A stretch of DNA of 37,399 nucleotides. It comes from an uncultured Muribaculaceae bacterium (GTDB taxonomy: Bacteria; Bacillota_I; Bacilli_A; RF39; UBA660). The translations under genes and the position numbers were made by a program. The notes under the pieces are model-generated. The model did no database searches and had not been told where the DNA came from. It worked only from the letters and a program-made list of their open reading frames with translations. Positions 35,485 through 37,399 of this stretch are shown piece after piece (positions within the stretch are counted from its first letter, which is position 1; each line of letters opens with the position of its first letter). The stretch spans positions 1 through 37,399 of the forward strand of contig CAZYXO010000001.1 in NCBI GenBank assembly GCA_964651315.1, in the 5' to 3' direction.

Positions 35485-35513
35485 TTGTAAAAAAGTTATT
35501 ATTTTGATATTAT
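35485..35513 (+). promoter_or_regulatory. Promoter of TasA-like member 4
   Basis: TTGTAA, a 17-nt spacer, then TATTAT. The upstream AAAAAGTTATT is shared with the member 3 promoter region. Confidence 0.6.
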
Positions 35514-35535
35514 AAATATAGTTAGGAGAATGAAA

Positions 35536-36156
35536 ATGGAAAAGAAAACAAGAATATTTATTTCAGTTGTTACTGTATTAACATTAATAGTTACATTAAT
35601 AGGTGCAACATTTGCATATTTTGCAAGTACATATACTCAAAGTGGAAACGCTCAAACAATTAATGTAACTACTAGAACAATGGCAACTATTACATATACT
35701 ACTGGAGCAAGTATTAATGGTTCTAATTTAACTTTAGCAAGTGGTGCAGGAGATAAGACATTAGCATCTGGAGAATTTAATATAGCAGTTACAAGAGATT
35801 CTGTTAAAACGGATGATGTTACATTTAAAATTGGAATAAACTTTACTAAAAACGAATTTATTCAAACTGAAAAAGCAACTACTGCAAATAGAAACGATGT
35901 AGAATGTAGATTATATAGTGGAACAACATCAGGGAATTTAACATTAGTTGGAACTGTAGATTGTACTGGTAAATCTGGAAATGTTGACATAAAAAATAAT
36001 GCTTCAATAAATATAGGAACAAATTCTACTACATATTATCGTATTGATATAGTTCTTTATAATGCAGGAACTGTAGATAATACAAATGTTGATAAAGAAT
36101 TATCTGGAACAATATATATTGATGGATTATCAACAGCATTAACAAATTTAAGATAA
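35536..36156 (+). CDS. Secreted TasA/camelysin-like protein with SipW-type signal peptide (family member 4)
   Basis: ATG 35536 lies 6 nt after AGGAGA, whereas the track ATG 35530 abuts the RBS. Signal peptide ends GATFAYFASTYTQSG. Roughly 60% identical by eye to member 3, with the same Cys pair. Confidence 0.7.
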   Translation: MEKKTRIFISVVTVLTLIVTLIGATFAYFASTYTQSGNAQTINVTTRTMATITYTTGASINGSNLTLASGAGDKTLASGEFNIAVTRDSVKTDDVTFKIGINFTKNEFIQTEKATTANRNDVECRLYSGTTSGNLTLVGTVDCTGKSGNVDIKNNASINIGTNSTTYYRIDIVLYNAGTVDNTNVDKELSGTIYIDGLSTALTNLR

Positions 36157-36161
36157 ATAAA

Positions 36162-36190
36162 AAAGATGTTTAGTTGTTTAAAACATCTTT
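36162..36190. terminator. Bidirectional terminator between TasA-like member 4 (+) and the Panacea gene (-)
   Basis: A 10-bp stem aaagatgttt / aaacatcttt with T-rich sequence on both sides. Confidence 0.75.
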
Positions 36191-36934
36191 TTATATACTT
36201 TCGTTTACGTGATATTTTCTTATAATATCATCTGTTATAACTTTATTTATTTCTAGTCCAGAACCAGATATGTTCCAAGGAGAATCTTTTTTATGAGTTA
36301 AATTTACTAATTCACTAGCACTATAATGTTTATATTTATCTAGGGTTTTATTTATACTAATTAATTTATTATAGCCATCTTTTGCTGCAAGAATTCTACT
36401 TCTACTTGGTAATTTATTTAAATTATTTCCATATTCTTTTTTATCATCTTCTTCATTTTTTATACAAAATTTCTTTTTATATTTTTTATAAATTGATTCT
36501 ACAATAGGACCTAATCTATAAGCATATATTTTATCTGAAAACAATTTATCATTTTCGTCACACAAGTAATCAGCATAACATAAATAAGCCAATTTTTGTA
36601 GTTTTAAATGTGTACAAGGCACAATACTAATGATATATTTTGCCAAATCCAAACCCGTAAGTTCTTTATCTGCAATAACTATTTTTGCAAATTCTTCTTT
36701 TGTATCGATTAATAAAGTATCATCAAAAAATGCATCTAGTTTTTTGATAGAATCAAAAGAATGAGAATTTGTTTGAATAAAATGTGTTGATATTGGAACA
36801 CTATAACCACAAGTTTCCATAATATATTTTATGTCATCTGGTACATTTTTTGCTTCCATATTATCACAATAATGCAAAACAATTCTTTTGCCAATAGAAT
36901 AAGCACTAGCCATAATAATATAATGTCCTATCAT
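36191..36934 (-). CDS. Panacea (DUF4065/SocA-like) domain antitoxin candidate with an extra ~95-aa N-terminal domain
   Basis: Core LKLQKLAYLCYADYL...LFSDKIYAYRLGPIVESIYKKYKK matches the Panacea signature (KLQKLLY...F.AW..GPV...VY). The AAGGAGGA RBS overlaps the last codons of the upstream toxin gene. Confidence 0.8.
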   Translation of the reverse strand: MIGHYIIMASAYSIGKRIVLHYCDNMEAKNVPDDIKYIMETCGYSVPISTHFIQTNSHSFDSIKKLDAFFDDTLLIDTKEEFAKIVIADKELTGLDLAKYIISIVPCTHLKLQKLAYLCYADYLCDENDKLFSDKIYAYRLGPIVESIYKKYKKKFCIKNEEDDKKEYGNNLNKLPSRSRILAAKDGYNKLISINKTLDKYKHYSASELVNLTHKKDSPWNISGSGLEINKVITDDIIRKYHVNESI

Positions 36935-36946
36935 TTTGATTCCTCC

Positions 36947-37399
36947 TTAACTATTTTTATCTTCCCATTTAGTATATTCTTGTTTATATTTTTTATGTGA
37001 TAAGAAATTCCTATGTTCAAAATTTTTATTCCATAGTTGTAATTCCCATTGAAAGTTATTATTATTATCATTGCCAAAATATATATGTATAGCCTTATAT
37101 TCTTGCTTTTGTGAAAAAATACACTTTAAATTAGGATATTTTTCTTTTATAATTTTTAAAATTTCTTCATAAGTTATATTTGTATTCATTATCATTCTAA
37201 CACCAAATAAATCGTTTAAACATTTCTTTAATGGGATTTTTCCATTCTCGTGATTTAATGTATATTTTTCAATTTTAAATTGTATGGAATTTAATGCTTT
37301 AACTCTACAACTAATAACGTTTGTTGTGTTAAATGTTTTTAATACTTGTGATAATTCGTTAGAATATGTATTTATGAAATTTCTATAATTAATGACATA
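36947..37399 (-). CDS. RelA/SpoT-homologue small alarmone synthetase-like toxin (toxSAS), 5' end beyond the window
   Basis: My translation shows the frame open from 37399. It reads ...CRVKALNSIQFKIEKY...DLFGVRMIM...EYKAIHIYF...FQWELQLWNKNFEHRNFLSHKKYKQ, matching the synthetase motifs RVKS..S, DxxGxR, Y+xxH and ExQxRT..H..YK. Confidence 0.7.
   Translation of the reverse strand, partial: YVINYRNFINTYSNELSQVLKTFNTTNVISCRVKALNSIQFKIEKYTLNHENGKIPLKKCLNDLFGVRMIMNTNITYEEILKIIKEKYPNLKCIFSQKQEYKAIHIYFGNDNNNNFQWELQLWNKNFEHRNFLSHKKYKQEYTKWEDKNS

Noticed and set aside
1-37399. A search for CRISPR arrays, tRNA or rRNA genes, IS elements, integrases, reverse transcriptase/DGR components and invertible-promoter inverted repeats.
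   Set aside because: I found no regularly spaced repeat-spacer structure, no cloverleaf-like GC-rich ~75-nt segments, and no transposase, recombinase or RT motifs in any ORF. The only tandem repeats are the three units at 31664-31730. The two paralogous genes at 33.4 and 35.5 kb are in direct orientation, not inverted.
1-37399. Mycoplasma/Spiroplasma genetic code (TGA = Trp), suggested by the extreme AT content.
   Set aside because: Several well-conserved genes terminate at TGA at the expected length, for example the FemAB copy 1 stop at 24354-24356. The prfB autoregulatory site also uses TGA as the regulated stop. I noticed no conserved gene that needs TGA read-through.

Overview
The window is very AT-rich by eye (GC not computed) and uses the standard genetic code: TGA acts as a stop, including at the prfB recoding site. 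It looks like the origin-proximal region of a walled, low-GC Bacillota organism, possibly Erysipelotrichia- or Bacilli-like, but that taxonomy is inference only. From 0 to 20.8 kb there is a conserved plus-strand housekeeping block: parA, parB, mscS-like, DUF951, abgT-like, ychF, a membrane protein, rpsF-ssb-rpsR, tsaE-tsaB and a rimI::tsaD fusion, then prsA-like, rplI, dnaB, an M23 peptidase, a walJ-like MBL hydrolase, rlmH and ung. An accessory insert at 10.1-14.5 kb interrupts this block. It holds two secreted TasA/camelysin-like proteins with SipW-type signal peptides, a 573-aa coiled-coil protein with a small overlapping ORF, and a class B sortase. From 20.8 to 27.2 kb are envelope genes: LemA, a CapA-family protein, two FemAB-family transferases and a MurJ/SpoVB-type flippase. 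From 27.2 to 37.4 kb is a mosaic accessory region. It contains an orphan endolysin-like NlpC/P60 hydrolase and a RhuM::Doc(Fic) fusion 13 nt upstream of prfB, which has its programmed +1 frameshift. Next come a DUF4143 AAA ATPase preceded by three direct repeats and a GT-C-like polytopic membrane protein. Two more diverged paralogues of the TasA-like family follow, bracketing a decayed tandem array of DUF1016/YhcG nuclease gene fragments that carry covarying palindromes. The window ends with a toxSAS (RelA/SpoT-like) toxin and a Panacea-domain antitoxin pair that runs off the right edge. I saw no rRNA, tRNA, CRISPR array, transposase or integrase. The best candidate for something undescribed is the four-member SipW-signal/TasA-like secreted protein family at two loci, with no cognate signal peptidase in the window. 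All family assignments rest on motif recognition by eye, not database searches.
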